Origin: Candidatus Woesearchaeota archaeon
Lineage (GTDB): Archaea > Nanobdellota > Nanobdellia > Woesearchaeales > JABGUJ01
Reading direction: 5' to 3'
Assembly: GCA_018646625.1 (NCBI GenBank)
Contig: JABGUJ010000002.1
Location: 100,843 to 164,842, forward strand
DNA: 64,000 nucleotides
Numbering within the stretch: position 1 is the stretch's first letter; each line of letters begins with the position of its first letter. The position numbers and the translations under genes are program-made. The notes beneath the pieces are model-generated. The model was not told the DNA's origin and did no database searches. It saw only the letters and a list, made by a program, of their open reading frames with translations. Shown piece by piece: positions 49,365 through 59,637 of the stretch.

Positions 49365-50531
49365 CTAATTTCCTACAGATTGCTTAAGCACATCCACTTT
49401 GTCAGTCGCTTCCCAAGTAAAGTCAGGATCGTCTCTTCCAAAGTGACCAAATGCTGCAGTTTTTTTGTAGATCGGTCTTTTAAGTTTCAGATGAGAAATT
49501 ATATCCGCAGGTCTTAGTGGAAAATTATCTCTAACTAATTGTTCAATCTTTTCTTCAGGAATTTTATTAGTGCCAAAAGTATTAACTAAAATACTAACAG
49601 GTTCCGCAACACCAATACAATATGCAAGTTGTACTTCACATCTCTCTGCAATTTCTGCAGCAACAATGTTTTTTGCAATATATCTTGAAATGTATGCACC
49701 ACTTCTGTCAACTTTAGATGGATCTTTACCAGAAAAGCAGCCACCACCATGAGCACCATGTCCACCATATGTGTCTACAATAATTTTTCGCCCAGTAAGT
49801 CCAGCATCAGCAACAGGACCGCCTAAAACAAATTTACCAGTCCCATTAATGAACAATCTTGTTTCATCATCAAGATAATCTCCGCAAACAGGTTTGATAA
49901 CTTTTTCTTTTATCTCTGCTCGAAGTTGTTCAAGATCTGCATCTTCGTCATGCTGTGCAGCAATGACAACAGTATGTGCTCTGACAGGTTTACCATCTTC
50001 ATATTCAACAGTCACTTGACTTTTTGCGTCAGGTCGAAGCTTTTGTATCTCTTTAGTTCTTCGAACGTCATCATATTTAGCCATCAACTTGTGCGCCAAA
50101 TCAATTGGTAAAGGCATCAAGTTCTTTGTTTCATTTGTTGCATACCCGAACATTAAACCTTGGTCTCCTGCACCTTGTTCTTTAAAGTCCCCTTCACCCT
50201 CTGTAACTCCTTGACTAATATCAGGACTCTGCTCAGATAAAGCTACGAGCACTCCACAAGTATTACCATCAAATCCATAATGTGGATTATCAAAACCAAT
50301 TTCTTTTATTGTTTCTCTCGTTACATTTTGAATATCAACATAAGTAGATGTTGTTAATTCTCCACCTACAACTACAAATCCAGTTTTAGTAAAACACTCA
50401 ACCGCAACTCTAGCATCAGGATCTTCTTTAAACACGGCATCAAGAATTGCATCGCTGATCTTATCACACATTTTATCAGGATGTCCTGGACTTACACTTT
50501 CACTACTAAACAAATATTTTCCTTTTTTCAT
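49365..50531 (-). CDS. metK: S-adenosylmethionine synthetase, bacterial/eukaryotic type (MetK)
   Basis: Hallmark [17 protein letters not shown] and [19 protein letters not shown] motifs of the bacterial-type enzyme, not the archaeal-type fold. Confidence 0.9.
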   Translation of the reverse strand: MKKGKYLFSSESVSPGHPDKMCDKISDAILDAVFKEDPDARVAVECFTKTGFVVVGGELTTSTYVDIQNVTRETIKEIGFDNPHYGFDGNTCGVLVALSEQSPDISQGVTEGEGDFKEQGAGDQGLMFGYATNETKNLMPLPIDLAHKLMAKYDDVRRTKEIQKLRPDAKSQVTVEYEDGKPVRAHTVVIAAQHDEDADLEQLRAEIKEKVIKPVCGDYLDDETRLFINGTGKFVLGGPVADAGLTGRKIIVDTYGGHGAHGGGCFSGKDPSKVDRSGAYISRYIAKNIVAAEIAERCEVQLAYCIGVAEPVSILVNTFGTNKIPEEKIEQLVRDNFPLRPADIISHLKLKRPIYKKTAAFGHFGRDDPDFTWEATDKVDVLKQSVGN

Positions 50532-50665
50532 GCTATTACACCTCTAAACTTTAGTAAGTTTGATAGTCTCAAGTCAAGGCTAGAAGTATATAAGTATTCT
50601 TGAGATAATTATTCCAATAGGAATAAAACAAAAGATATTTAAGCTTAAACGGCGTTAACAGCGGC

Positions 50666-51157
50666 ATGTCTGAAGTTGAATTAAGATTACAAAGGCTGTC
50701 AGATGCCAAACGATTCTTCAAAATACTGAGCAACCCTAACTTTGTATTTTTTGGGGCAAAACCTAAGAGTATAGAAGCAGAAAAAGAATGGTTGAAGAAA
50801 GGTTTTGAAAAACGTAAAAAAAATCTAGAACACAATTATGCAATAACTTATGATGGAAAATTAATTGGCGGATGTGGAATTAAAATTAATCAACATAGAA
50901 CATTCATTGGAGAAATCGGATACTTTGTTGATGAAGAATATTGGGGTAAAGGGGTTGCAACAAAAGCAACAAAACTACTCGAGAAAATTGCATTCAAAAT
51001 GGGTATAATACGAATAGAAATAGTAATGCAACCAGCAAACAAAGGAAGCGTTAAAGTCGCAAAGAAGTGTGGTTATGTCAAAGAAGGTAAACTACGCAAA
51101 GCCATATCTCACTTAGGCAAGTATGAAGATGTATATCTTTATTCTAAAGTAAAGTAA
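50666..51157 (+). CDS. GNAT-family N-acetyltransferase (RimL-like)
   Basis: GCGIKINQHRTFIGEIGYFVDEEYWGKGVATKA is an acetyl-CoA-binding Q/RxxGxG/A motif. Confidence 0.7.
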   Translation: MSEVELRLQRLSDAKRFFKILSNPNFVFFGAKPKSIEAEKEWLKKGFEKRKKNLEHNYAITYDGKLIGGCGIKINQHRTFIGEIGYFVDEEYWGKGVATKATKLLEKIAFKMGIIRIEIVMQPANKGSVKVAKKCGYVKEGKLRKAISHLGKYEDVYLYSKVK

Positions 51158-51178
51158 AAAGAAAAAATAAATCAGATA

Positions 51179-52666
51179 TTATAATCTGATCTTAGTTCTA
51201 GCAGGTCTAAATGCTAAGATTGCGGCGACTACTAGCGGTATGACAACAGTTAACCAACCAATTCCAATAGCCCAAGTTGGGTATCCTTCATAGTTTGCTC
51301 CGATCTCTTTAATGAACTGAACTACTACAAGGATTGTTAGAATTATTGGAATTACATACTTAATAGCAACACTCCACCAAGGTCCAACCTTCCACTCACT
51401 TACTTTGTTGATGTAAGTTCTTAGCCTCTCTGCACCATATATCCAACCTATTGCAAGGCATTCGAATATTCCCGCAAGTACAAGTCCAAAGTTCGTGATG
51501 AAGTGATCAACTACATCAAGAAAATACAGACCAGCATTTGTGGTGAATATTATACCCAACAAAAAGGATACAAGACAGACTACAAATGCAATCTTGTGCT
51601 TCACTGCGTTTTTGGCCTTATCCGCAATAACAGTATTTACAGACTCTACTAGAGAGAATGCACTGTCTATTCCTAACATAAGCAATGTTAAGAAGAATAG
51701 TGACGCAAAGAACCATGCCCAAGGCATTAATGCTAATGCTTGAGGAAACACAACAAAAACTAAGCCAGGTCCAGAAGCAACAACATCAGGAACACCAACA
51801 CCAGTTGAGAATGCCATGTAACCTAGAACCGCAAATACAACAAATCCTGAAAAAATACTTATAGCAGAATTCGCAAATGCAGTAACGTATGCATCTTTGG
51901 CAATATCTTGTGTTTCTTTCTTGTAGCTAGAATAGGCAATCATAATCCCAAACCCTAAACTAAGAGTAAAGAATATCTGTGATGCCGCAGCCAACCAGAT
52001 CTCAGTACTTAACAATGCAGCAAAGTTAGGTTTTAGATAATAGAAAATACCCGTTAGTGCACCGTCGAGTGTTATACCTCTAATGAATAAAGCTATAAGA
52101 AGTATAATAGGTAGAGGCATAGTTATCATAACAACTTTACCCGCACTTTTCACTCCTTTCCATACACAGAAGTAAATTAATATCCAAACAACTGCTAAAG
52201 CCGCAAGTAACATCCAGTTTATCCCACCAACTTGACCTATTCCATCAGATAACTGTAAAACATTTCCAAAGAAATATCCTTTAGCATCTTCTGCCCAAGG
52301 CAACCTAGCAGAGAATGATCTCAAAAAATAAACTAATGCCCACGCCATTACAGCAGCATAGTATATTACAACCATGAAGCCAGAAGCAATTGCCATAAAG
52401 CCAACTCCTCTGAGTCTACCATGAACTGATTTGAAAGCATCAATAGCCCCCTTCTGAAGTTTTTGACCAATAGCAAACTCCAAAATGAGCAAAGGGATTC
52501 CTAATACAAATAATGCAATTAAATAAGGAATTAAGAAAGCCCCACCACCAAATTCATACGTTAGATATGGAAAACGCCAAACGTTTCCAAGACCAACAGC
52601 AGAACCAATCGCTGCAAACAAAAACATCGTTCTTGTTGCCCATCTGTCACGCATTTGTGCATGCAC
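51179..52666 (-). CDS. Sodium:neurotransmitter symporter (NSS/SNF) family transporter
   Basis: N-terminal AAIGSAVGLGNVWRFPYL and a 12-TM architecture. Confidence 0.85.
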   Translation of the reverse strand: MHAQMRDRWATRTMFLFAAIGSAVGLGNVWRFPYLTYEFGGGAFLIPYLIALFVLGIPLLILEFAIGQKLQKGAIDAFKSVHGRLRGVGFMAIASGFMVVIYYAAVMAWALVYFLRSFSARLPWAEDAKGYFFGNVLQLSDGIGQVGGINWMLLAALAVVWILIYFCVWKGVKSAGKVVMITMPLPIILLIALFIRGITLDGALTGIFYYLKPNFAALLSTEIWLAAASQIFFTLSLGFGIMIAYSSYKKETQDIAKDAYVTAFANSAISIFSGFVVFAVLGYMAFSTGVGVPDVVASGPGLVFVVFPQALALMPWAWFFASLFFLTLLMLGIDSAFSLVESVNTVIADKAKNAVKHKIAFVVCLVSFLLGIIFTTNAGLYFLDVVDHFITNFGLVLAGIFECLAIGWIYGAERLRTYINKVSEWKVGPWWSVAIKYVIPIILTILVVVQFIKEIGANYEGYPTWAIGIGWLTVVIPLVVAAILAFRPARTKIRL

Positions 52667-52789
52667 CTCCGTTTTGTGAAAATTAAAATAATCCCCAATT
52701 GATGTTCTGTATTTAGATATTATAAATATATTTTGATTCTTGAGTTTCTGATCAACAACTATAAATACTAAAAATTTAGATTTAGTGTC

Positions 52790-52993
52790 ATGGTAAAAAA
52801 GAGGGCTAAGAAGAAAGAAATGGGTGCTATGAAAATCTTCACAGGAGTAATTATTGCAGCAACAATTGTAGCACTAGCTTATGCACTATATAGGCTGTTT
52901 AGAAGCCCTAAAGCCCGTGATTTTCTAAAAACACAATTTGAAGAGAATAAAGAGTTGATTTCTGAGCTAATAGCCAATGCATCCTTTAAATAG
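52790..52993 (+). CDS. Small single-TM protein
   Basis: IFTGVIIAATIVALAYALY helix. Confidence 0.25.
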   Translation: MVKKRAKKKEMGAMKIFTGVIIAATIVALAYALYRLFRSPKARDFLKTQFEENKELISELIANASFK

Positions 52994-53079
52994 ATATATC
53001 TGGAGCCTTGAAGTGTTGTTTTACACAGTAGAAACCTTTATATACCCCCAATATTAGATTGGTTCGTAGGGGATTAACT

Positions 53080-53274
53080 ATGGGAAGAATAAAAACTAAG
53101 ATGACAAAGAGAATCAGCAATCAGCTGATTACAGATCACGGTAGAGAATTTACTGACAAGTTTGACGAAAACAAAACCAAAGTTACAGAGTTGACCGATT
53201 TGGAATCGAAGAAGCTTAGAAACATTATTGCAGGTTATGTTACTAGACTTGTTAAAGGTAAAGAAGAGCTTTAA
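53080..53274 (+). CDS. rps17e: Ribosomal protein S17e
   Basis: MGRIKTKMTKRISNQLI...KKLRNIIAGYVTRLVK matches eS17 (MGRVRTKTVKKAAR...KKLRNKIAGYVTHLMK). The start is at the internal Met of the track ORF. Confidence 0.8.
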   Translation: MGRIKTKMTKRISNQLITDHGREFTDKFDENKTKVTELTDLESKKLRNIIAGYVTRLVKGKEEL

Positions 53275-53308
53275 GTTGTTTTAACCTTTCAAGTCGGGGG
53301 GTAAAGAA

Positions 53309-53593
53309 ATGACAGCTGACAACTCGATGTTTATTGGTGGTAAGCCGTTTATGAACTACGTTACAGGCGTGGTTATGCAGTTTACAACTAAGGGGGCAGA
53401 TGAGGTTATTGTGAAAGCCAGAGGGAAGTTTATCTCTAGGGCAGTAGACGTCGTCGAAGTGGTAAGAAAAAGATTCCTGAAAGATTCTGTTGAAATAAAA
53501 ACAATCAACATCGATTCCGAGGAATTTAAAAATAAAGAAGGTAAAGACGTAAGAGTCTCGACCGTCGAAATTACTCTTTCAAAAATAAAGTAA
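53309..53593 (+). CDS. albA: Alba (Sac10b) DNA/RNA-binding protein
   Basis: FIGGKPFMNYVTGVVMQF...EVIVKARGKFISRAVDVVEVVRKRF matches the Alba core. Confidence 0.85.
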   Translation: MTADNSMFIGGKPFMNYVTGVVMQFTTKGADEVIVKARGKFISRAVDVVEVVRKRFLKDSVEIKTINIDSEEFKNKEGKDVRVSTVEITLSKIK

Positions 53594-53609
53594 GAGGGGG
53601 ATTGAATAT

Positions 53610-53885
53610 ATGTATGAAGCGATAGTTTTTTTAGGAATTATAGGCTCACTTTATTGGGTTTATAGAAAAATAAGTGACTATCAAGAAACTTCTTCTGAAC
53701 CAATTGAATTTATTTGGATGGGTAAAGGTCCCGCTCCTCGCGTATATGATTATGAAAACGAAGAAGATGAAGAGTTGTTAGAAGCGTTTTCCGATTTTCC
53801 TCCTGAGAAAGAAGAAGAGAAATCTTCAGAGGAAGAAGAACCCTACGATATGGATTACATCGCAGAAGATGATGAAGAAGAGTAA
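53610..53885 (+). CDS. Small membrane protein with an acidic C-terminal tail
   Basis: One TM helix (AIVFLGIIGSLYWVY), then an E/D-rich tail. Confidence 0.3.
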   Translation: MYEAIVFLGIIGSLYWVYRKISDYQETSSEPIEFIWMGKGPAPRVYDYENEEDEELLEAFSDFPPEKEEEKSSEEEEPYDMDYIAEDDEEE

Positions 53886-54034
53886 ATTTATTTCATTCTA
53901 TGTTTAGTTCTTGCGATTTTTATTGGATAAGACTTATTAAAAATTAATTCTTGTTGTCTTTTATGAAATCTAAGCAATCTCTAGTTATTGGAAAACACAA
54001 ATATTTATATAATATAGCGAGTTATATACCTGCT

Positions 54035-54256
54035 ATGGCTACTACGACTATTCAAATTAGCAAGAATTTACTCGAAGAGTTAAAGTCTCGTAAAATGTAT
54101 GATAAAGAAAGTTATGAGGATATAATACGAGATTTACTGGAGGATTCTATGGAACTATCTAAGGAGACTCTCAATAATATAAAGAAATCCGAAGCAGATA
54201 TCAAAGCTGGAAAGATTAAGACTTTAGCAGAAGTTGAGGCAAGACTGAAAAGATGA
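54035..54256 (+). CDS. relB: Type II antitoxin (RelB/RHH-like)
   Basis: Small acidic protein directly upstream of RelE-like toxin, overlapping it by 4 nt. The start is at the internal Met MATTTIQISKNLLEELK. Confidence 0.5.
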   Translation: MATTTIQISKNLLEELKSRKMYDKESYEDIIRDLLEDSMELSKETLNNIKKSEADIKAGKIKTLAEVEARLKR

Positions 54257-54513
54257 GCTATAAAGTGATCTTTTCAGATCTGGCAGATAAACAGCTCAAT
54301 AAGCTTTCTTCAGATGTTCAGAGAAGAATAATTTCCACCTTGAAAAGATGTCGAATCAGGCCCCATACACACGTGAAGAAATTAGTTGGCTCAGAATATT
54401 ATAGATTGAGAGTTGGAGATTATAGGGTGATTATGAATATAGTTGATAATAGACTGGTTATTCATGTAATAGAAATGGGTCATAGGAAGAACATTTACAA
54501 AAAAGCAGCGTAG
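54253..54513 (+). CDS. relE: RelE/ParE-family type II toxin
   Basis: YRLRVGDYRVIMNIVDNRLVIHVIEMGHRKNIY matches the RelE/ParE C-terminal core. Confidence 0.75.
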   Translation: MSYKVIFSDLADKQLNKLSSDVQRRIISTLKRCRIRPHTHVKKLVGSEYYRLRVGDYRVIMNIVDNRLVIHVIEMGHRKNIYKKAA

Positions 54514-54562
54514 ATTCTGTTTAAGATATATTTAAATAATACTTCTAAGACAATTGTGTTAT

Positions 54563-54655
54563 GGGCCTATAGCATAGCCTGGATAGTGCGTCCGGCTTCG
54601 GAAGACTTATGTCTGTAGATACCGGTTGACGGGGGTTCGAATCCTCCTAGGCTCA
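54563..54655 (+). tRNA. tRNA-Arg(TCG) with a 19 nt intron at the canonical 37/38 position
   Basis: Acceptor gggccta/taggctc, D stem gcat/gtgc, anticodon stem tccgg/ccggt with loop ctTCGg|[aagacttatgtctgtagat]|a, variable tgac, T arm ggggg-ttcgaat-cctcc. An Arg anticodon is the most parsimonious reading; Pro(CGG) is the alternative. Confidence 0.55.
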
Positions 54656-55507
54656 TCCAATTCTTTTAATTCTGTTGATAGAAGTTCTTATTCTAAAGAT
54701 GATGAAAATAAACAGAGTTTTGATACATACTTTTACTTCTCAGAGACCGAAGAATTCCTTGAATGGATTAAGTTGAAGGTAGGTTCTGAACATTTTATCC
54801 ACATGAAGTGTTATTTTATGAAACATCTTGCAGGTAAGAAGTTCAAAGGACCATTAGAGTTGTATAAGTATATTTCAGAACAGAAAGGCATCAATAATCT
54901 AGTCAAAGCAGCAAGAGGTTATTTGAACTATTGTGAAGCCACAGATAAACTTTCAGCTGAGACTATCGACAAATATAGAAAGATACTGAAACTTAAGAGA
55001 ACTAAGATAGACTATCATGTTCCAGATGATAAAGAGATCGTTAAGAATTATAATCTGATTAAAGGTAACAAAAACCTTGAGTTGGTTTATTTGGTCCTAG
55101 CTTGCTCAGGTCTTAGGTATATAGAAGTTCTTCGCTTTCTGAAGAACTATGATAAGACCAAGTTTGTTGATCACGGAACCTTTGTCTCGTATAATATATC
55201 CGAGATTCGTGGTTCGAAAAGTGTTAACAATCTCTACCTACCCCGGTTTGTTTATGATAAACTAAACCATGTAGACAATACTTATAATTCTCTTAGACAA
55301 AGATTCAAAGAGAAAGGATGTACATTTACTTTGAAATACTTACGTAAATGGAATTACAATTTCTTAATCTACAACGGAGTTCCTGAGTCTGTAGCAGATT
55401 TTATTCAAGGAAGATCAAGTAATTCAGTTAGTGCTAATCATTATTTAGCTAAGAGTCAGCAGGCTAATCATTGGTATGGGATGATTACTCAAAAATTAAT
55501 ATTATAG
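54626..55507 (+). mobile_element. int: Tyrosine recombinase/integrase abutting the tRNA-Arg 3' end (true start uncertain, probably 54660-54803)
   Basis: C-terminal catalytic region LACSGLRYIEVLRF (Arg) ... LRKWNYNFL ... GRSSNSVSANHYLA (R/H...Y nucleophile region). The reading frame runs into the tRNA 3' end, as in pNOB8-type tRNA-targeting archaeal integrases. Confidence 0.6.
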
Positions 55508-55923
55508 TGTCTTAAAACGCGTGCAATCAATTCAATGAATAGAAAAAAACAAAGCATAAAGGGGATCGCTATATTTGCACCAAGACACACTATTGCCAAT
55601 AAATATGTTGATTCTAATAATAAATAAGGGTGCATTACACACGTTATAAACAACGCACTCAAAAAGGTGTTAAAAACCATTATGTGAGTATATGTGGATA
55701 TGTGCCAGGCTTCAATATGATCTTTAGTGAAATAAAACAGAACATATAGCAAGATTAAGAAAATAATAGATGAACCATAATATTCTGAGAACATCGAAGA
55801 CAAAATGTTTGCGATCTGTGCATTATCCTGATTTGTATTCATTATATAAGATGTTGCTGTCGTGAGTAGAATACTTATTGTAGCACAAAATGTTACGGTG
55901 TTTTCAAAGCTCTGAGATGTCAT
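55489..55923 (-). CDS. Polytopic membrane protein (4 TM)
   Basis: Hydrophobic helices throughout; convergent with the integrase gene. Confidence 0.35.
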   Translation of the reverse strand: MTSQSFENTVTFCATISILLTTATSYIMNTNQDNAQIANILSSMFSEYYGSSIIFLILLYVLFYFTKDHIEAWHISTYTHIMVFNTFLSALFITCVMHPYLLLESTYLLAIVCLGANIAIPFMLCFFLFIELIARVLRHYNINF

Positions 55924-56059
55924 AGTATTAACTAGTCCGTGCTAATTTATATTTTTATCTTATTCAACCACTAATAGACTATATAGTCTGTTATAGAGGT
56001 ATATGTAGTTGATTACGGGTAGAAAAAGAGAATGTTTGGCTTGATTACTCTGAATTAGT

Positions 56060-57025
56060 TTAGTAATCCCACTCATATTGAATAGTTCCAGTATTATCAG
56101 TATTATGGCCCCAATCATAATACTCATCAGGCAGATATTCAGCGTATTGGCATACTTCACTCGTATATTTACTTAGTTTTTCTTCAATCTCACTCGGCTT
56201 TAAAGTAGATAGTTTACCTCCACCCGAGTCATGAAAAATCTCACCTTTAGATTCCAGTTCTTTTTTAAGTTCCAAATATGATGTACAGCGTTTAGAGTTA
56301 TCTAGTGCTTTTAATCGACTATGTGTTTTTTGTGTTACTAAATCAAACTCTTTTAAGATTTGTCTATTTTTTATAAGGCTAATACGATCTAGAATAAATC
56401 TCATTTCTTGAGGTGAATCTTTTAATTCTTTCCAAATCTTAGAGAACTTGTCTTGTAATTTATGTATATCTTTTATAATCAAGAGAGTTGTATGCCATAT
56501 TTCGTCTCTGTAAAGCCGACATTTAATTCCTTTTACAGAATTCAAATGTGTTTCAATCTCTCTTTTAAGATCAATTAGCGATTGCGGTGGCCTTACGGCA
56601 AATGCCAAAACTCTACCTCCTGTCTGCGTAGGAAAAGTAATATATTTTCCACTACCAATTAAATTTCCAGGTTCATGAAACAAAGGTGCGTTCTTAAAAA
56701 TCACTTTTTCAAGTTCTTTAATGAGCTTTCGTTCATTAGAAGCAATCATAGGTCCTGCAATGGTTATGTGAGGAACGTAATGATATTTGGGATGCCCCAA
56801 ACCATACGATCTCTGTAAATCATCATAACGATCCTTAATATATTTTCTTGGATATCCTGAATAACGATATTCTAGAATAATAGAGTCAGAGACTTCTTTT
56901 ATCTTATCTTCAGGTTCATCATCATAATCATCTTCTATTTCATCTTCAGGTTCATCATCAGACTCATCACTCGATAAGTCTTCATCTGAATCAAAATATG
57001 CCAAGAACCTTTCAAACAAACCCAT
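56060..57025 (-). CDS. 2H phosphoesterase superfamily protein (LigT/CPDase-like) with a poly-acidic N-terminal extension
   Basis: Two H-x-T/S-x motifs, VPHITIAGP and WHTTLLII, correctly spaced. Acidic N-terminal tract DSDEDLSSDESDDEPEDEIEDDYDDEPED. Confidence 0.6.
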   Translation of the reverse strand: MGLFERFLAYFDSDEDLSSDESDDEPEDEIEDDYDDEPEDKIKEVSDSIILEYRYSGYPRKYIKDRYDDLQRSYGLGHPKYHYVPHITIAGPMIASNERKLIKELEKVIFKNAPLFHEPGNLIGSGKYITFPTQTGGRVLAFAVRPPQSLIDLKREIETHLNSVKGIKCRLYRDEIWHTTLLIIKDIHKLQDKFSKIWKELKDSPQEMRFILDRISLIKNRQILKEFDLVTQKTHSRLKALDNSKRCTSYLELKKELESKGEIFHDSGGGKLSTLKPSEIEEKLSKYTSEVCQYAEYLPDEYYDWGHNTDNTGTIQYEWDY

Positions 57026-57120
57026 TTTAGAGTGATTTAGAGCTAATTACTATAATAAATTATTGGCTTGAAAGGTGCGGATCCGCTCAAGCCATTACCA
57101 GTTCAAGTTATGGAATCAAC

Positions 57121-57306
57121 TCAATGATCGGTTTTTAAGAAATATGCTCCAGCCAATGCACTAACTAATGCTATTAAACCTAGTATAATATAGGTTATTT
57201 TGTTCAGTGATCCCATTGATAGACTCATTACAGCCACAGTAGAGAATGCAAAAAGTAGAAGACCCAGAGATAACAATCGATGCGTGATAAAACTTATTAC
57301 TCCCAT
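57121..57306 (-). CDS. Small two-TM membrane protein
   Basis: 61 aa, almost entirely hydrophobic. Confidence 0.25.
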   Translation of the reverse strand: MGVISFITHRLLSLGLLLFAFSTVAVMSLSMGSLNKITYIILGLIALVSALAGAYFLKTDH

Positions 57307-57370
57307 ACCCTTGCTAGAATTAAGCTAAATATATATAATTTGCGAATTTAGCAGAAAATCACTAAAACCA

Positions 57371-57589
57371 TTATCGAAATAAACACTTTTTCTTTTTATG
57401 CCTATAATACTCTTCCTTCAACTGTGTACAATATTCAAAGATCCACCTATCGGGCAAATGCATAGGGTAATGATCAGAACTATAGTTCACTCTAGGACCT
57501 AGATAATCTTCCATTTGTTTAATCTTGGTTTTCAACTGTGTAAGAGATTGAACCTTCTTCTTCTTTGGAAATAGTTTATGCCAGATCAT
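57371..57589 (-). CDS. Small basic hypothetical protein
   Basis: 72 aa. Overlaps the upstream gene by 4 nt. Confidence 0.25.
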   Translation of the reverse strand: MIWHKLFPKKKKVQSLTQLKTKIKQMEDYLGPRVNYSSDHYPMHLPDRWIFEYCTQLKEEYYRHKKKKCLFR

Positions 57590-58086
57590 TTATGTTTAGT
57601 AAGCAGTTTCTTCTTACGCAAATACTCTTTCTCAGTTATTTTGCCTTCGGCTAATTTAACATCGAGTATCTTAAGGGGATCTGAGGAGCTCTTATCTGAT
57701 GTTGGGGTTTTATAGAAAGATAACTTATGTTTTAGATCTGTTATTCTATTCTTTCTTGATCTTCCAACTAACGCCGCAATAGCAAACAAAACTAATCCAG
57801 GAATAATATAATAGAATAAACCAATGACTCCTGCTATTATCAATACTATCTCGGCACCACTACATGAATCGAGTTCACTAATTTCATCATGAATGGCTTT
57901 ATCTACAGAAGAAATACTACCTAAATCTGAACCGTCAATTTGAATCTCGTTGTTGCACTCAAGACAGTAAACTAAAATAGTCTCTCCAGACTTTAGTTGC
58001 GTAACTTCTTCAGAACTTAGTTCGGATTCATGACTTGCAGAACATTTGGGGCAGATTATGTCTATAGTTTTGGTTGATTTAGTCAT
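57586..58086 (-). CDS. Zinc-ribbon + TM + SHOCT-domain protein
   Basis: N-terminal CPKCSAS...CLECNN zinc ribbon, a TM helix (VLIIAGVIGLFYYIIPGLVLFAIAALV) and C-terminal KLAEGKITEKEYLRKKKLL matching the SHOCT consensus. Confidence 0.5.
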   Translation of the reverse strand: MTKSTKTIDIICPKCSASHESELSSEEVTQLKSGETILVYCLECNNEIQIDGSDLGSISSVDKAIHDEISELDSCSGAEIVLIIAGVIGLFYYIIPGLVLFAIAALVGRSRKNRITDLKHKLSFYKTPTSDKSSSDPLKILDVKLAEGKITEKEYLRKKKLLTKHK

Positions 58087-58326
58087 ACAGGGCTGATATG
58101 TAATTAGCTATATAAATTTTGGCTTAAAAGATGCGAGCTCGCTAAGCCTTGCTGTCAGGTTGTGGGTCCCCTCAAAATGCGCAGTGATTATAGAGCTTTA
58201 TTCCTTTATTTATCTTGCGGGGTAGAAATGCGCCTTATTCCGGCCAGACAAAGATAATCTACGGAATTCTCGAAAACATTATATACCGTTAAGATAATCT
58301 GTAGACATGAACGGGGGTTTTAAACT

Positions 58327-59610
58327 ATGATTAAGCAAGTATTAATTTTACTAGTATTCACATTTCTAATAGCAGGCTGCGGAGCTCCGGACCAAGAGAT
58401 TCTTGATGATTCCGTTGAGCCCACAGCCATGATAGCTGATGAGCCTATTCAAGACATACCAATTGAAGAGCCAGATCCTGTTGCTGAAGTAATAGAAAAA
58501 AGCTGCCCCGACAGTTGTGAAGATGATAATGAATGTACTGAAGATGTATGTTCCGATGAAACTAACTTTGAATGCGTTCACACTGAAATTGTTCCTTGTT
58601 GTGGTGATGGCGTTTGTGATGAAGAAGAAGAGTGCGAAGAAGATTGTAAAACTGAAATAGATACAGAACTAATTTTTGTTAATATATCTAATCTGTTTGG
58701 CGATATAGATTATTACGAGTTAGGTGGAGTATTCAAGAAGCTGTTCTTTGAAATTGAGAATACAAATGATGTGCCCGTAGTGATTGAACAAATAAATCTT
58801 AAAGTCCAGAATGTCAAAGGAGATCAATACGATAAAAAGCAAGAGATCTACTCACATACAATCACTGAAAAAATAAATGTTAACTCTCATGCACTTATTT
58901 ACTTTGAAAGTGAAATTGAGCCTATGGTTTTAGAGCTAAAGAGTCCAAAGAATGTATTGGAGAAATTTGACATAGAAATTGAGCTAGAGTTGCAAAGTGG
59001 AGATGTTATAAAGAAAACTGAAACATTGCTCCTTGATGATTTTTACTTCTATACTCACCTGTTCCATGGTGGAAGTGGTACCACATACTATAATGACCTT
59101 AGTTTTTGGCCACTAAGTCACGAGTATAGAGGATATTTACAAGGCAGTTCATTAGTTGCAAGTCAAATAAATCAAGACAACTGGATAACGGGTCTTGGCA
59201 TTCCCGTCTCTACAGGAAGCCTCATACTTGAGTTCAAAGAAGATTGGGTAGAAACTGAAAAGGAAGTTGACGGTAAAACTAGAACATACATCACTTCGTT
59301 CCCTTTAGAGTTCAGAACGAATAACTTAGAGTCATTACCTAGCTTTGATAATTTGGTGCTTGATCTGTTCTTATTTTCGCACGATAACAGATACTTTTAC
59401 AGTTTTTCAAGTGAAGATCTGGCTACGCTCGAGTTCAAAACAGAAGGCCTAACCTCCAGGGCCACTTTAAATTTAACTACTGATTTCAAGAAGACCTTTA
59501 CTACATATACAAATATTTTGGTATCATATGCTGAACTTAGAGAAAAGAATCATCTTGAGAAAGTGGCGACTGCATATCGAAGAGAGGTTATGAGAGATAC
59601 TGATGATTAA
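58327..59610 (+). CDS. Secreted lipoprotein with an acidic Cys-rich N-terminal module
   Basis: Lipobox-like LIAGCGA, then CPDSCEDDNECTEDVCSDETNFECVHTEIVPCCGDGVCDEEEECEEDCK. Confidence 0.45.
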   Translation: MIKQVLILLVFTFLIAGCGAPDQEILDDSVEPTAMIADEPIQDIPIEEPDPVAEVIEKSCPDSCEDDNECTEDVCSDETNFECVHTEIVPCCGDGVCDEEEECEEDCKTEIDTELIFVNISNLFGDIDYYELGGVFKKLFFEIENTNDVPVVIEQINLKVQNVKGDQYDKKQEIYSHTITEKINVNSHALIYFESEIEPMVLELKSPKNVLEKFDIEIELELQSGDVIKKTETLLLDDFYFYTHLFHGGSGTTYYNDLSFWPLSHEYRGYLQGSSLVASQINQDNWITGLGIPVSTGSLILEFKEDWVETEKEVDGKTRTYITSFPLEFRTNNLESLPSFDNLVLDLFLFSHDNRYFYSFSSEDLATLEFKTEGLTSRATLNLTTDFKKTFTTYTNILVSYAELREKNHLEKVATAYRREVMRDTDD

Positions 59611-59637
59611 TTCCAATATTTGGCAGGGGTTTAAAAG

